From a virus, in the IMG/VR virus record IMGVR_UViG_3300044856_000343, positions 4,194-68,193 of that record: a stretch of DNA of 64,000 nt. One strand, written 5' to 3'. Positions 6,283-15,737 of the stretch are shown here, one piece after another. The position numbers and the translations under genes were made by a program. Positions within the stretch are counted from its first letter, which is position 1. The number at the start of each line of letters is the position of its first letter. The notes beneath the pieces are model-generated. The model saw only the letters and a list, made by a program, of their open reading frames with translations. It was not told the origin of the DNA and ran no database searches.

Positions 6283-8609
6283 TCAGCAAAAGCCTCAAGA
6301 GCTGCATCTACAGCCTCGTTTGTTGCATCCTGATCATTGTCATGTTGATTTGCTTTCTTCTTTCCATGAAGAACAATTCCTGTTACACCGATAACTGCTA
6401 AAGCTGCAGCGATAGCACCAGCAATGATCTTAGGCTTATTAGCTTTACCTTCTTTTGCACATTTCTGCGTATAACTATCGATAGCATCTACAATCTTGTT
6501 GATTCCTGGAATTTTTAATGCCTGAGTATGAGCTTTATCTCCAAGTCCTGAAATTTTCTCTTTAATTCCATTCTCAACAAGTACTGACTCGATAATGTCA
6601 TCTAACTCATCATAAGAGTCATAAGACTCATTCTGTGATTGCTGCTTCTCATATTGCTTCTTTGTCATAACATGTCCAACAACAGCTCCTCCACCTAAAG
6701 CGGCTGCGAATGCACTAGCAATTGCTGCTTTTCTTACATTTGGATGTGCCTGCATATATTTGTAAGCAGCTTCTGAAGCAGATTTAACAGCTTTTCTGAT
6801 TTCAGATGGCTTGCATTTTGAAAGTAAGTTCTTATTTGCATCTTCATCAAGTACAAATACATACTCTTCATCAACTGCCTCTACAGACTCATCAACTGAA
6901 TCCATATAATTGTTCTCGTATCCGTAGCATGTTGACTCATCTACAGGAATAACCTCTCCAGCTAATCCAAGTTTAGCACCCTCAAGCTTAGCTACTGGTG
7001 GATAAACTGCAACTGTTAAGCAATCAGCAGCCTCATCATAGTATGTCTCATATGGTGAGTAGTATACTACTGACTCATTTGTCTGCTGGTCATCTTTACC
7101 CTGGGCTTTCTTCTTGTCATATGCTTTCTTAGCAGCAATTCCTGCACCTGTAAGAGCAGCGGCACCTACAGCAGCAGCGGCAATTTTACCTTTCTTATTT
7201 AATAATCTTTTATTCTTTGCATCAAAAACATTGCTTCCATCAGGTAACTGACCAATCTTTTTACCTTGTACAACCTTTTTGGTTGAAAAAGTATCAGCTA
7301 TCTTAGTTCCTAAAGATTTGCCATTTTTAGCTTCTGCAACTAAATAAGATTCCATTGAAATCTCTTCAATATGCTTAGCTCTTTCAGCTGATCTGAACTC
7401 ATCATAAGCCTCTTTAAGAGATCCTGTAAGAACAGTATCTGTATCACAAAGAGCTGCTTCTCCACAAGCAATATCGGCATCACCAATCTGAAGGAAATAA
7501 GCTTCATTCTGAGCTTTTTCTGATTTCTTCTTATTGTGTGCTTTGATGCCTTTAACTGCAGCAACTCCTGCACCTGTAAGAGCAGCGGCACCTAATGCTG
7601 CACCTGCAACTTTACCTTTACTAATAGATCCATCATCTTTAGTAAAAGCTCCTGCAATTTTCTTTCCAGCACCTTTAACTTTCTCTTTAACTCCTTCATC
7701 TACAACTGTAGCGTCATAGAATCCAAAATCAGTAGCTTCCTGTTGAGTATCCTGTGAATTGTTCTGTGCTTTCTTCTTATCAAGATGATGCTTAATAGCA
7801 GCACCTGCTGCTACGGTTGCAGCTGCAGCTCCAGTGCCAATAGCAATCTTTTTACCAAGTCCACTCTTCTTTTTTGCAACTTCTGGTAATTCCTTTGCTC
7901 GTAAAGCTGGTAATTCCTTTGCTCGTAAAGCTGGTAATCCAGATACTGGTCCAGATGCAATTGCCTCATCTAAAGCTTTCTCAAGTACCTTCTCCTCAAG
8001 AGATTCTGTACTTGCTTCAAAAGCCTCATCAATAGCTACAGATCCTTCACATAATGTATTTACTGCTTCATCAACAGCATCATATCCTGTAGCACTTGCA
8101 ATAATGCTCTCTGCAATGCTGTTATCATCATAAAATGAACCCATTGTATAGTCCTCCTTTACGTTATTATTATCATTTTGATCATCATTCTGGCTAATAT
8201 CTCCATCATTTGAAGGTGAGGAGCTATTATTATTCTGGTTCTGATCATCAGATTCTGTAAATAAATCATCCAGATCAAATCCCTCTTCGATAGCCTTCTT
8301 TATACCAGGTGTCACATCATGTGCCTGAGATTCAGCAGACTTACCTTTAAACATTCCTACAGTTCCTACTTCACCACTTACTGGGAGAGAAACATCTTTT
8401 GATCCTTCTGCATCTTTTTCAGAATAAGAAGCATCTCCATCCAACTGATATTCAGATTCAGGATCAGGACCTGTCCAAGGAATTCCAGCTTCATTAACAC
8501 CAGCAACGGCATCAATTAAGCTGTCATCTTCATCGAACATGAGATCAAAATCTAATTCATCCGATGTGCAATTAGCAAATACGGAATCCATATTTTTTGC
8601 TACTTTCAT
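6273..8609 (-). CDS. Modular acidic/basic-hydrophobic protein, probable virion head polyprotein
   Basis: Five Gly/Ala-rich hydrophobic helices, each followed by KK(K) and (Q/T)(N/Q)E(S/A); acidic spacers; late-type promoter at 8676-8687. Confidence 0.8.
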   Translation of the reverse strand: MKVAKNMDSVFANCTSDELDFDLMFDEDDSLIDAVAGVNEAGIPWTGPDPESEYQLDGDASYSEKDAEGSKDVSLPVSGEVGTVGMFKGKSAESQAHDVTPGIKKAIEEGFDLDDLFTESDDQNQNNNSSSPSNDGDISQNDDQNDNNNVKEDYTMGSFYDDNSIAESIIASATGYDAVDEAVNTLCEGSVAIDEAFEASTESLEEKVLEKALDEAIASGPVSGLPALRAKELPALRAKELPEVAKKKSGLGKKIAIGTGAAAATVAAGAAIKHHLDKKKAQNNSQDTQQEATDFGFYDATVVDEGVKEKVKGAGKKIAGAFTKDDGSISKGKVAGAALGAAALTGAGVAAVKGIKAHNKKKSEKAQNEAYFLQIGDADIACGEAALCDTDTVLTGSLKEAYDEFRSAERAKHIEEISMESYLVAEAKNGKSLGTKIADTFSTKKVVQGKKIGQLPDGSNVFDAKNKRLLNKKGKIAAAAVGAAALTGAGIAAKKAYDKKKAQGKDDQQTNESVVYYSPYETYYDEAADCLTVAVYPPVAKLEGAKLGLAGEVIPVDESTCYGYENNYMDSVDESVEAVDEEYVFVLDEDANKNLLSKCKPSEIRKAVKSASEAAYKYMQAHPNVRKAAIASAFAAALGGGAVVGHVMTKKQYEKQQSQNESYDSYDELDDIIESVLVENGIKEKISGLGDKAHTQALKIPGINKIVDAIDSYTQKCAKEGKANKPKIIAGAIAAALAVIGVTGIVLHGKKKANQHDNDQDATNEAVDAALEAFADPF
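6276..6282 (-). other. Candidate -1 ribosomal frameshift site C_CCU_UUU(UAG)
   Basis: Canonical X_XXY_YYZ heptamer in frame, directly before the stop; GAGG 10 nt upstream. Confidence 0.7.
7883..7938. repeat. 24-bp coding tandem repeat (LPALRAKE x2)
   Basis: CTGGTAATTCCTTTGCTCGTAAAG x2 plus a partial copy, in frame within the 778-aa ORF. Confidence 0.9.
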
Positions 8610-8675
8610 TGCGTAGTCCTCCTTAACTTATTTTAGGATTTTTTGATATCAAATCTATAAAAATCTTAATGATTT

Positions 8676-8687
8676 TACTTTTATGTT
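8676..8687 (-). promoter_or_regulatory. Late-type promoter AACA-N6-TA
   Basis: AACATAAAAGTA upstream of the 778-aa gene. Confidence 0.6.
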
Positions 8688-9898
8688 CATCCTAATGCTT
8701 TTTCAATGTAATATTCTAGACAAAAAATCAACAAAGGAATCATATAAAAAGTCTTAATAGCAGTATTCAAATCTACATTTAAAGTAGATTCTACTTCCTC
8801 TTTTGTAAGATCTTCACCATAGAAATACTTTACAAAAATGTTTTGCCATAAAGGAGCTTCATTTTCTCCATCTTCTATGATCTTATGATCTTGAATTGCA
8901 TATACTAATTCATCTCCAAAAGATGTAGCTGCATATGCAGTAGGAGGTACAATATAATTTGTCTTAAAGTAAGTTTCAAATCTAGAAGAAAATGTAGTTC
9001 CAAATGAAACTATATTTACTGGTATATACCTTCGATTTGATTTTAAGAGCAAATTAATATCTTTCTTTTCAAATGCTCTGAAAAACGAATGATCATATTC
9101 AATCCCAAATGTTTTTCCAGGATCTAATTTATGATCAATATAAACATATGATTCAGATCCATTTGCAAGTATTTTATTACGAATTAAAAATTCTATCATA
9201 TATGGATCATACATTCTCCATTCTGTCATATCCATATAGATATATGTTTGAACTTCTGAGTTATAATATAACTCATTAAAATAATCTTTCAGAGTTACAG
9301 CAATTTGATCCATCTGTTTTGCTACAGCAAGATCTTCACTACGAACAATTTTAACAATATTTGTTCCTTCTCTTTTTTCGATCATTTTATAAGTTGCTAT
9401 AACTTGATCTTGAATCCTAGTATTATCTACATACTCAAGTTTATAACTAATTTTATATGCATTTGATCCATTTTGTAATGTATCTGTCTGTACATCAGTA
9501 ATTATGAATAACCATGTAGAATCTTTTACATAGTTTACTTCGAAATAATCACCTTCTGTAGGAATAATTGTATTTGGTAAAATTACTCCATCTCCAGATA
9601 CTTTATCAGCTTCCAATCCAAACTCTTCAAATTCTGTTTGTAACTCAATACGATCAATTCCATAGATCATAAAGTCTTCAATCTTATTAAATCGAATACT
9701 TGTTTCTGAGCCAATATTATCATAAGAAAGTTTAGATCCTGGATCTAAACTACTAAGAGTTTTATTGATATTATAATAAGTAACAATCGTTGGTTTCTTA
9801 TCACTAAAAGAATAAAACGAGTTGTTTACAAGATCTCCATAGAAAGAAGTTATTTTCTCCACAGTATCATGATATGTGGTTTCCAATATCTTTCCCAT
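8687..9898 (-). CDS. Probable virion structural protein (AR9/phiKZ-like)
   Basis: 403-aa ORF with late-type promoter CACA-N6-TA at 9927-9938; function not resolved. Confidence 0.55.
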   Translation of the reverse strand: MGKILETTYHDTVEKITSFYGDLVNNSFYSFSDKKPTIVTYYNINKTLSSLDPGSKLSYDNIGSETSIRFNKIEDFMIYGIDRIELQTEFEEFGLEADKVSGDGVILPNTIIPTEGDYFEVNYVKDSTWLFIITDVQTDTLQNGSNAYKISYKLEYVDNTRIQDQVIATYKMIEKREGTNIVKIVRSEDLAVAKQMDQIAVTLKDYFNELYYNSEVQTYIYMDMTEWRMYDPYMIEFLIRNKILANGSESYVYIDHKLDPGKTFGIEYDHSFFRAFEKKDINLLLKSNRRYIPVNIVSFGTTFSSRFETYFKTNYIVPPTAYAATSFGDELVYAIQDHKIIEDGENEAPLWQNIFVKYFYGEDLTKEEVESTLNVDLNTAIKTFYMIPLLIFCLEYYIEKALG

Positions 9899-9974
9899 CT
9901 TTCACACCTCTTTTCTGTTATATAATTATACTAATGTGATAATTAAACAAAAAATAAAGAGGAGAGTGATTTTC

Positions 9975-11027
9975 TCACTCTCCCCAAAGATCTATAGGTG
10001 CAACATATTCTTTTATATGAGATGGATGAACTCCAAAATCTTTTTCTCCTTCAAACATATTACGATGGACATACATTGGAATATTCATTACCTTTAAATA
10101 TCTAGCAACTTTTTTCATATTCCAATTTGATCCAAATTTATCATTATCAGGATAATAATGAAATTCTGTATATGGTAATTTATAAGTTTCTAAGAAATAC
10201 ATAGCAATTCCAATATAATTAGAACCACCAATACTTGTATAGATTCCTGGTTCTCGATGTCTCAAATTCTCATAAATTGATATAATATCAAAAGGCCCTT
10301 CTGCTACATGAATTTTAATTCTTTCTGTAGTACATAAATCTATCTTTGTTGGAACTGTATAAAATCTCTCAGAAGTATCATACTTATTAAAGAGCTTATA
10401 ATTTATATATCTTTTATCAATAGATTTATAAACTAATCCCTCTTTGCAAATTCTTCTCATATTTAAGAAAGCATTATCAATTGATAAAAATCCTAAAAAG
10501 TTTATATCCAATTGATCAATAATATTTGAATCTCTAGTTGTATCAGTAATATAATTATCTTTCATAATATCTTTTAGATTTAATACAACTTTTAAATCTC
10601 TTAGATCTTTATAATTAAAATTAGTCCCTAATCGTTTATTAAAGAAATCTAATTTATATCTTGAAATTTCATTATCTGTAGTAGTATTATAATTTACTTT
10701 ATAATGAGTATTGGAGAGATATTTATTATAATTTACTTTCGACATCTTTTTATTATGCTCAATCAATTCGAAAGCTATATTTTCATCATAAATATCCCAT
10801 TCAATCAATTTCTTATAACTAACTATTCCAGAGTTATGACATTTATGACAATAATACAAACTAGGTTCATCTTCACTTTGAGGAATTGAAATATAAAAAT
10901 GCTTTGATTTTGGATCTCTTGAATCTGGACAATACATACATCTGCAATTTATCATTCTACCACCACTTGCTAAAGAAGCTGTTGGTATTCTTGATAATAA
11001 GAATTCTGCATATTGATTCACATCCAT
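9975..11027 (-). CDS. DNA primase (T4 gp61-type, Zn finger + TOPRIM)
   Basis: CMYCPDS...YYCHKC zinc-binding region; TOPRIM motifs VAEGPFD and YPDND. Confidence 0.85.
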   Translation of the reverse strand: MDVNQYAEFLLSRIPTASLASGGRMINCRCMYCPDSRDPKSKHFYISIPQSEDEPSLYYCHKCHNSGIVSYKKLIEWDIYDENIAFELIEHNKKMSKVNYNKYLSNTHYKVNYNTTTDNEISRYKLDFFNKRLGTNFNYKDLRDLKVVLNLKDIMKDNYITDTTRDSNIIDQLDINFLGFLSIDNAFLNMRRICKEGLVYKSIDKRYINYKLFNKYDTSERFYTVPTKIDLCTTERIKIHVAEGPFDIISIYENLRHREPGIYTSIGGSNYIGIAMYFLETYKLPYTEFHYYPDNDKFGSNWNMKKVARYLKVMNIPMYVHRNMFEGEKDFGVHPSHIKEYVAPIDLWGE

Positions 11028-11047
11028 TTAATCACCTCCTAAAAATA

Positions 11048-11077
11048 AATCGGTATGAGTTTTCACCCATACCGATT
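11048..11077. terminator. Hairpin/terminator
   Basis: AATCGGTATG-N10-CATACCGATT. Confidence 0.65.
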
Positions 11078-11081
11078 AATA

Positions 11082-11321
11082 TTATAAATCTTCAAAAAAT
11101 TTATCTGGTACTATTAATACTAATCCGATAATAAATGTAAATACTCCATATCCAGCAGCAAATAGTAATCCAATTAATGATAAAAATATTTTTACATAGC
11201 AACTATTTTTTATAAAATCTTCCATAGATTTAACAATTGGAATTCCTAATCCTATTATTATCAATGCAATAATGCACATAACAATCCCACCAATGATTGC
11301 TATAGTCCGTCTCAATTTCAT
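11082..11321 (-). CDS. Small two-TM membrane protein
   Basis: Two hydrophobic helices. Confidence 0.7.
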   Translation of the reverse strand: MKLRRTIAIIGGIVMCIIALIIIGLGIPIVKSMEDFIKNSCYVKIFLSLIGLLFAAGYGVFTFIIGLVLIVPDKFFEDL

Positions 11322-11337
11322 TTACATTCCCTCTCTT

Positions 11338-12855
11338 CTAAATTAATAATACATAGATAAGAGTTTCTTCGATAACAAATCTTGACTCTATTTGAATGTC
11401 TTTTCCATGAATATCTTTATTATGATAATCAATGATTGAAAAAGATGATGTAATAATAGTTGCAATTGTTCCTAAAATCTGTTGAAGAATCTTCTTATTC
11501 TTATACTTGTTTACTACATATGGATAGTACTGAGAAGCTTCCATTTCTGCTAACTCTCTTTTATTAAGAGTCTTACGTGAAACAATTTTATTTACTTTTC
11601 CCGATATAATATATGGTAAAAAGTTCATATTATTATTAAGCAACATCTTTTTTGCTGACAGCATCAGTTTGATATAATCATCCTGATTAATTGCATTTGG
11701 AGAAATAGTATCTCCAAAATATTTATAGAATAAATTAAAGATTAATTGTCTCTGGAATCCATTCATCATTTCCCCATGATCATTTACAAGTTCTTTCTTA
11801 TAGAACTCTATCTCTTTTGGATCATAAGGTCCCCAATCTCTTTCAATAATTTTCATTGTATATTCATAATTAAACTTAGTCTGCAGATATATAGATTCAT
11901 CTGCTTTTGTTAAGTTAGATTCATAACGATCAAAATCAGATGTATTATCTTCTCCCTCTCGTTTACTAGAACTTAAAGTTACATATGAATATTCATACTG
12001 AATATCAGTAATCTGGAATTTATTACTCTTCTGAATTGAGGTATAATTCAGAGATACCATATTCTGATTAAATGTATATTTCGGAATAATATTTAAGATA
12101 ATATTCCTAACAGCATCTGCAGAATGACTGACTGTATCTTTTCCTCTGATATCCTGCTTTGCCCAAATTACAGCATTATTTTTTGCATTTCTATTTACAT
12201 TAGAAATACTTGTTTCATCCAGTTTTGACTTAATATCTACATTTGAAAATACTGGAGCATATAATATATTATCATAGACATCTAATAAGAATTCATCAAT
12301 ATCAGATACCTTTCTCATATATGCAAAATGAGTAATTATTGGAATGCAAAGATTCATCATAATACTAATCTGCATTAATGCTTTTGCATGTTCATTTGTA
12401 TATTGAAGCTGAGGATTATTTGCACTCTTATAAGAAAGAGTTAATGAATAATTAGCTTCAACCATTGCTCCTATTTTTGCAAATAAACTTGGTTGTATAA
12501 TGTATCTACAAATATCATACATAAAGTTTGATATATTATATTCTGGATAATAATCGATAAAGAATTTTAACTGAGCAAGATTTGTAAAATACTCTTTTTC
12601 TATATCAAAAAATTTCTCAAAATAATTAAGATAGTGACAAGTATGATCTCTTAAAAGATCTGAGTTATAACTTTTCTTCGGATTGATCATAAAGAAATCA
12701 ATACGACTCTGATGTGATTGATCTGTATTTTCCTGATTAGTTTCATCAATATGATAGAATCGACCAATCGGTGCCATAATAATATTTTTTGCATTCGTAA
12801 AGAATACATCTTCTGGATTTGGGTTCCATTCGTCCACTAATGGTAGTTGTTGCAT
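11338..12855 (-). CDS. Sigma-like promoter-specificity subunit of non-virion RNAP (AR9 gp226 / phiKZ gp68 family)
   Basis: Co-linear motifs recalled from AR9 gp226: INPKKSY; VEANYxLxL...LQYT...MxLxIPI; VIW; IIPK; SDFDRYExNL; QxxLI; LPYIIS; terminal EETLxxVLLI. Two genes from the chaperonin, as recalled for AR9 g226-g228. Confidence 0.8.
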   Translation of the reverse strand: MQQLPLVDEWNPNPEDVFFTNAKNIIMAPIGRFYHIDETNQENTDQSHQSRIDFFMINPKKSYNSDLLRDHTCHYLNYFEKFFDIEKEYFTNLAQLKFFIDYYPEYNISNFMYDICRYIIQPSLFAKIGAMVEANYSLTLSYKSANNPQLQYTNEHAKALMQISIMMNLCIPIITHFAYMRKVSDIDEFLLDVYDNILYAPVFSNVDIKSKLDETSISNVNRNAKNNAVIWAKQDIRGKDTVSHSADAVRNIILNIIPKYTFNQNMVSLNYTSIQKSNKFQITDIQYEYSYVTLSSSKREGEDNTSDFDRYESNLTKADESIYLQTKFNYEYTMKIIERDWGPYDPKEIEFYKKELVNDHGEMMNGFQRQLIFNLFYKYFGDTISPNAINQDDYIKLMLSAKKMLLNNNMNFLPYIISGKVNKIVSRKTLNKRELAEMEASQYYPYVVNKYKNKKILQQILGTIATIITSSFSIIDYHNKDIHGKDIQIESRFVIEETLIYVLLI

Positions 12856-12902
12856 CTCTTAAAGACTCCTTTTCGAAAATATTATTTCTTATATATCATT
12901 TA

Positions 12903-12912
12903 TATAATATAT
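12903..12912 (-). promoter_or_regulatory. Early-type promoter (ATATATTATA) for the sigma-like gene
   Basis: Core motif in the short intergenic gap upstream of 12855. Confidence 0.55.
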
Positions 12913-12915
12913 TAT

Positions 12916-13692
12916 TTATTTCCGTTTTGTCATTTTATCTCCATTTACTGTTTTTATAGATTTAATTGACTTGATAGATCCTGTAGATTTTACAGAAGAA
13001 ACTTTTAGGTTTCTATTTCTATTATCTATATTTACAGTTTTTATACGATCTTGTTTTGATTTGGTTTTCTGTTTTTGAAGTTTATTTCCCTCATCTTGTC
13101 GTTTCTGAATCTTAGAATCTGCATTCTCAATCTTATTCTGTAACTCACTCCAAGATATTTCTGGAATAGAATCAAATAAACTAACTCTATTTAATCCTTT
13201 ATTTCTAATTGCAAGATAAGCAAAATATAATGATTTTACATATCCCACATTTCCAGATGGGTTCTTCTCTTTTGCTGAATCTCTTATTGCTTTATTACTC
13301 ATCTTAGATTTTAATTCTTTGATGAATAAATTATTTTTATTAAATACATGAGCATATGTATAAACAAATGCAGGATCATTAGAAAAGAATCTTACATTAT
13401 ATTTCATTAAATTCTGTCCAGATTCTTTTACATCAGAATTTGTATAGAATTCTAATACGACATCATAATAGAATTTTGGTACTACTTCTGAAGGAATCTT
13501 GAGGTAAATATAATATTTATTTTTCTTGCTATCTTTATAAAGCTTATAATTAACAATACCATGTTCACGTACCATTATCTTATTGAATTTATCTGTATAA
13601 CTAGATCTCATGGATTCTCTCATAACGCTATTTAATACAGCATTATGTTTTCCCATAGGATTCTGTATATATTGTTCGAAAGTCATTTCCAT
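12916..13692 (-). CDS. Conserved hypothetical protein (positional equivalent of AR9 gp227)
   Basis: Start moved to MEMTFEQY (GAAAGGAG SD); motif VRFFSNDPAFVYTY; lies between the sigma-like and chaperonin genes. Confidence 0.7.
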   Translation of the reverse strand: MEMTFEQYIQNPMGKHNAVLNSVMRESMRSSYTDKFNKIMVREHGIVNYKLYKDSKKNKYYIYLKIPSEVVPKFYYDVVLEFYTNSDVKESGQNLMKYNVRFFSNDPAFVYTYAHVFNKNNLFIKELKSKMSNKAIRDSAKEKNPSGNVGYVKSLYFAYLAIRNKGLNRVSLFDSIPEISWSELQNKIENADSKIQKRQDEGNKLQKQKTKSKQDRIKTVNIDNRNRNLKVSSVKSTGSIKSIKSIKTVNGDKMTKRK

Positions 13693-13851
13693 ATTACAAT
13701 CGTCTCCTTTCAGAGATGATATTAGGTGGACATTATAGTCCACCTTTACCATACCCACCCAGTATAAAAGTTCGAAAAAACACAAGAAAGAAGGGAAAAA
13801 TAAAATTTCTATGAAATTCCACTAGGTGTATTAAATTTCTAAGCCTAAAGA

Positions 13852-15735
13852 TTAATATATGTTAAGGCTAGATGCCTGGAGACAACACTGGTTACATGTA
13901 ACCATCATTGTAATAATCTTGGAAATTGTATCCAAAATACTTACATCCAGCATTATTGAACATCTAACGTTAGCACCAGATTTATCATCAGGATCATCAG
14001 GAAGAGATCCAGATGAAATATTATATGGCATTCTATTTTTAATGCTTGCTGTGATATACTTATCTATCTTTTCAGCATCGCCACATACAGTTCCATAGAG
14101 AACCTTTGTAGTATCTACATATGATAAGAAAATTGCTCTTGCAATATCTATCATAATATCTTTCTCATATTGAGAATATGTTTCAAGATCCTTCATAATA
14201 CCAATTGCATTATATGAAAACTGAAGACCTTCAAAGTTTGCTGCATATCCAGTACCATATAATGCTGCTGAATTACAGTTTTTAATTGCATCCTCAACAA
14301 GATCTTTTGTTGCATCCCTTTCAGAAACTGTAACACCACCAACAAGATAATCTACCATATTAGATTTAAGAGCTGATAATCTTCTCTTTAATAATCCAAT
14401 ATCATTTGCATTACCTGTACTCTGAGCAGTCTTAAGTTCAGTCTCAAGGAAAGTCATCATTGTTGTATATATTGGATCTGGGTTTTTATCTTTATCAACC
14501 ATATGATCTGGATTGATAAATTTTGTTTTGCTTGTATCAGCAACAACTTCTTCACAATGTCCAGCAAATTCCCAAACGTTTTCAACTGTTGGAGCATTAC
14601 CAGCTTCAATGTCTTTCTTCTGAATTTCTGGATCGATATATTTACGAATAGTTTTACATCCACAAAGATTCGCAATATCATCCATGATAATTTCATCAGA
14701 AGCTACTACATTTGAAATGATAAGTACTGGTGGCTTCATAGCTGCAGATCCATTCCTATCATACTGATACATAGTTTCTACAAGCTGCTTTAATGTAACT
14801 GTCATATCCTTAGATAATCTTGGGCAAACAATTACAGTAGAAATTGGATCTTCATCATTCTTCATTGGATCATAGATATTATGCAGTAATATAGCTTCAA
14901 AAAGCTTAATATGATCCATAGTATCAATAGGATCAACGAAGTGATATACATGTGCATCTTTAATAACAGAAGTATTATTATCTCTATTATTAACAAATGC
15001 AGGGTCTGACATTCCTTCATTTATTGTGAGTCCATCATATACTTTGATATCGCTACTAGTGCCATTTGAAATTCCTACAGAGAGATTTACATTAAATCCA
15101 TGCTCTGAATAAATATCACGAATATTCTTAGAAACTTCTTCGTTACCATTTGTAGATATCATAGAAATATTATAGATATCATCAAGAGTGATATCTTTAT
15201 TATCAAGCTTAATCAACTTCTCGATAGTTCCTACAACATTCTTGAAAAAGCGAATCAACTGGAATGGTGGTACATTATTCTTCTTCTCTATCTTTGTTAA
15301 TTTATCAAAGATAAATGAAGATAAAATAACTGTAGATGTAGTTCCATCTCCTACCTCTTTCTCTACATGAGTAGTGATATCTACTAACTCTTCTACGATA
15401 GAAGCTTCAATAGGAGCAGAGTTAATAATATTCTTTAATACCTTTAATCCATCTTTTGAATAGATAGAAGATACATCTGCATGACTCTGACCTTTAATGA
15501 TCTTTGTATTTGATCCCATAGGACCGAATGTCTTTGATAAGAAATTGCTTGTTGATTTGAGAGTACTATTCTGAATCTCTCTTAATTTTTCTCCAGATAC
15601 AACGTTTGTCTGATTGTTTGGTGTAGATACTTTAACTGCACCATTAAGAACATTATCATTTGTATCTTTACATGTTTCTTCTACACCATATTTTGATGAG
15701 AATTCTTCATATTCCTGTGAAATAAAATCGTTCAT
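13852..15735 (-). CDS. groEL: Phage GroEL-like chaperonin (AR9 gp228 / EL gp146 type)
   Basis: TFGPMG, SKDGLKVLK, VGDGTTSTVIL, VGGVTVSE, DLVEDAI motifs. Confidence 0.92.
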   Translation of the reverse strand: MNDFISQEYEEFSSKYGVEETCKDTNDNVLNGAVKVSTPNNQTNVVSGEKLREIQNSTLKSTSNFLSKTFGPMGSNTKIIKGQSHADVSSIYSKDGLKVLKNIINSAPIEASIVEELVDITTHVEKEVGDGTTSTVILSSFIFDKLTKIEKKNNVPPFQLIRFFKNVVGTIEKLIKLDNKDITLDDIYNISMISTNGNEEVSKNIRDIYSEHGFNVNLSVGISNGTSSDIKVYDGLTINEGMSDPAFVNNRDNNTSVIKDAHVYHFVDPIDTMDHIKLFEAILLHNIYDPMKNDEDPISTVIVCPRLSKDMTVTLKQLVETMYQYDRNGSAAMKPPVLIISNVVASDEIIMDDIANLCGCKTIRKYIDPEIQKKDIEAGNAPTVENVWEFAGHCEEVVADTSKTKFINPDHMVDKDKNPDPIYTTMMTFLETELKTAQSTGNANDIGLLKRRLSALKSNMVDYLVGGVTVSERDATKDLVEDAIKNCNSAALYGTGYAANFEGLQFSYNAIGIMKDLETYSQYEKDIMIDIARAIFLSYVDTTKVLYGTVCGDAEKIDKYITASIKNRMPYNISSGSLPDDPDDKSGANVRCSIMLDVSILDTISKIITMMVTCNQCCLQASSLNIY

Positions 15736-15737
15736 TT

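Noticed and set aside
7883-7938. 24-bp direct repeat as CRISPR or att site
   Set aside because: Adjacent copies with no spacers, in frame within a CDS.
12916-13785. Extended track starts (also 35802, 57766, 25136, 27871, 55967, 5768, 3576)
   Set aside because: Downstream ATGs have strong SDs and the extensions overlap promoters or hairpins; starts were shortened in the feature list.
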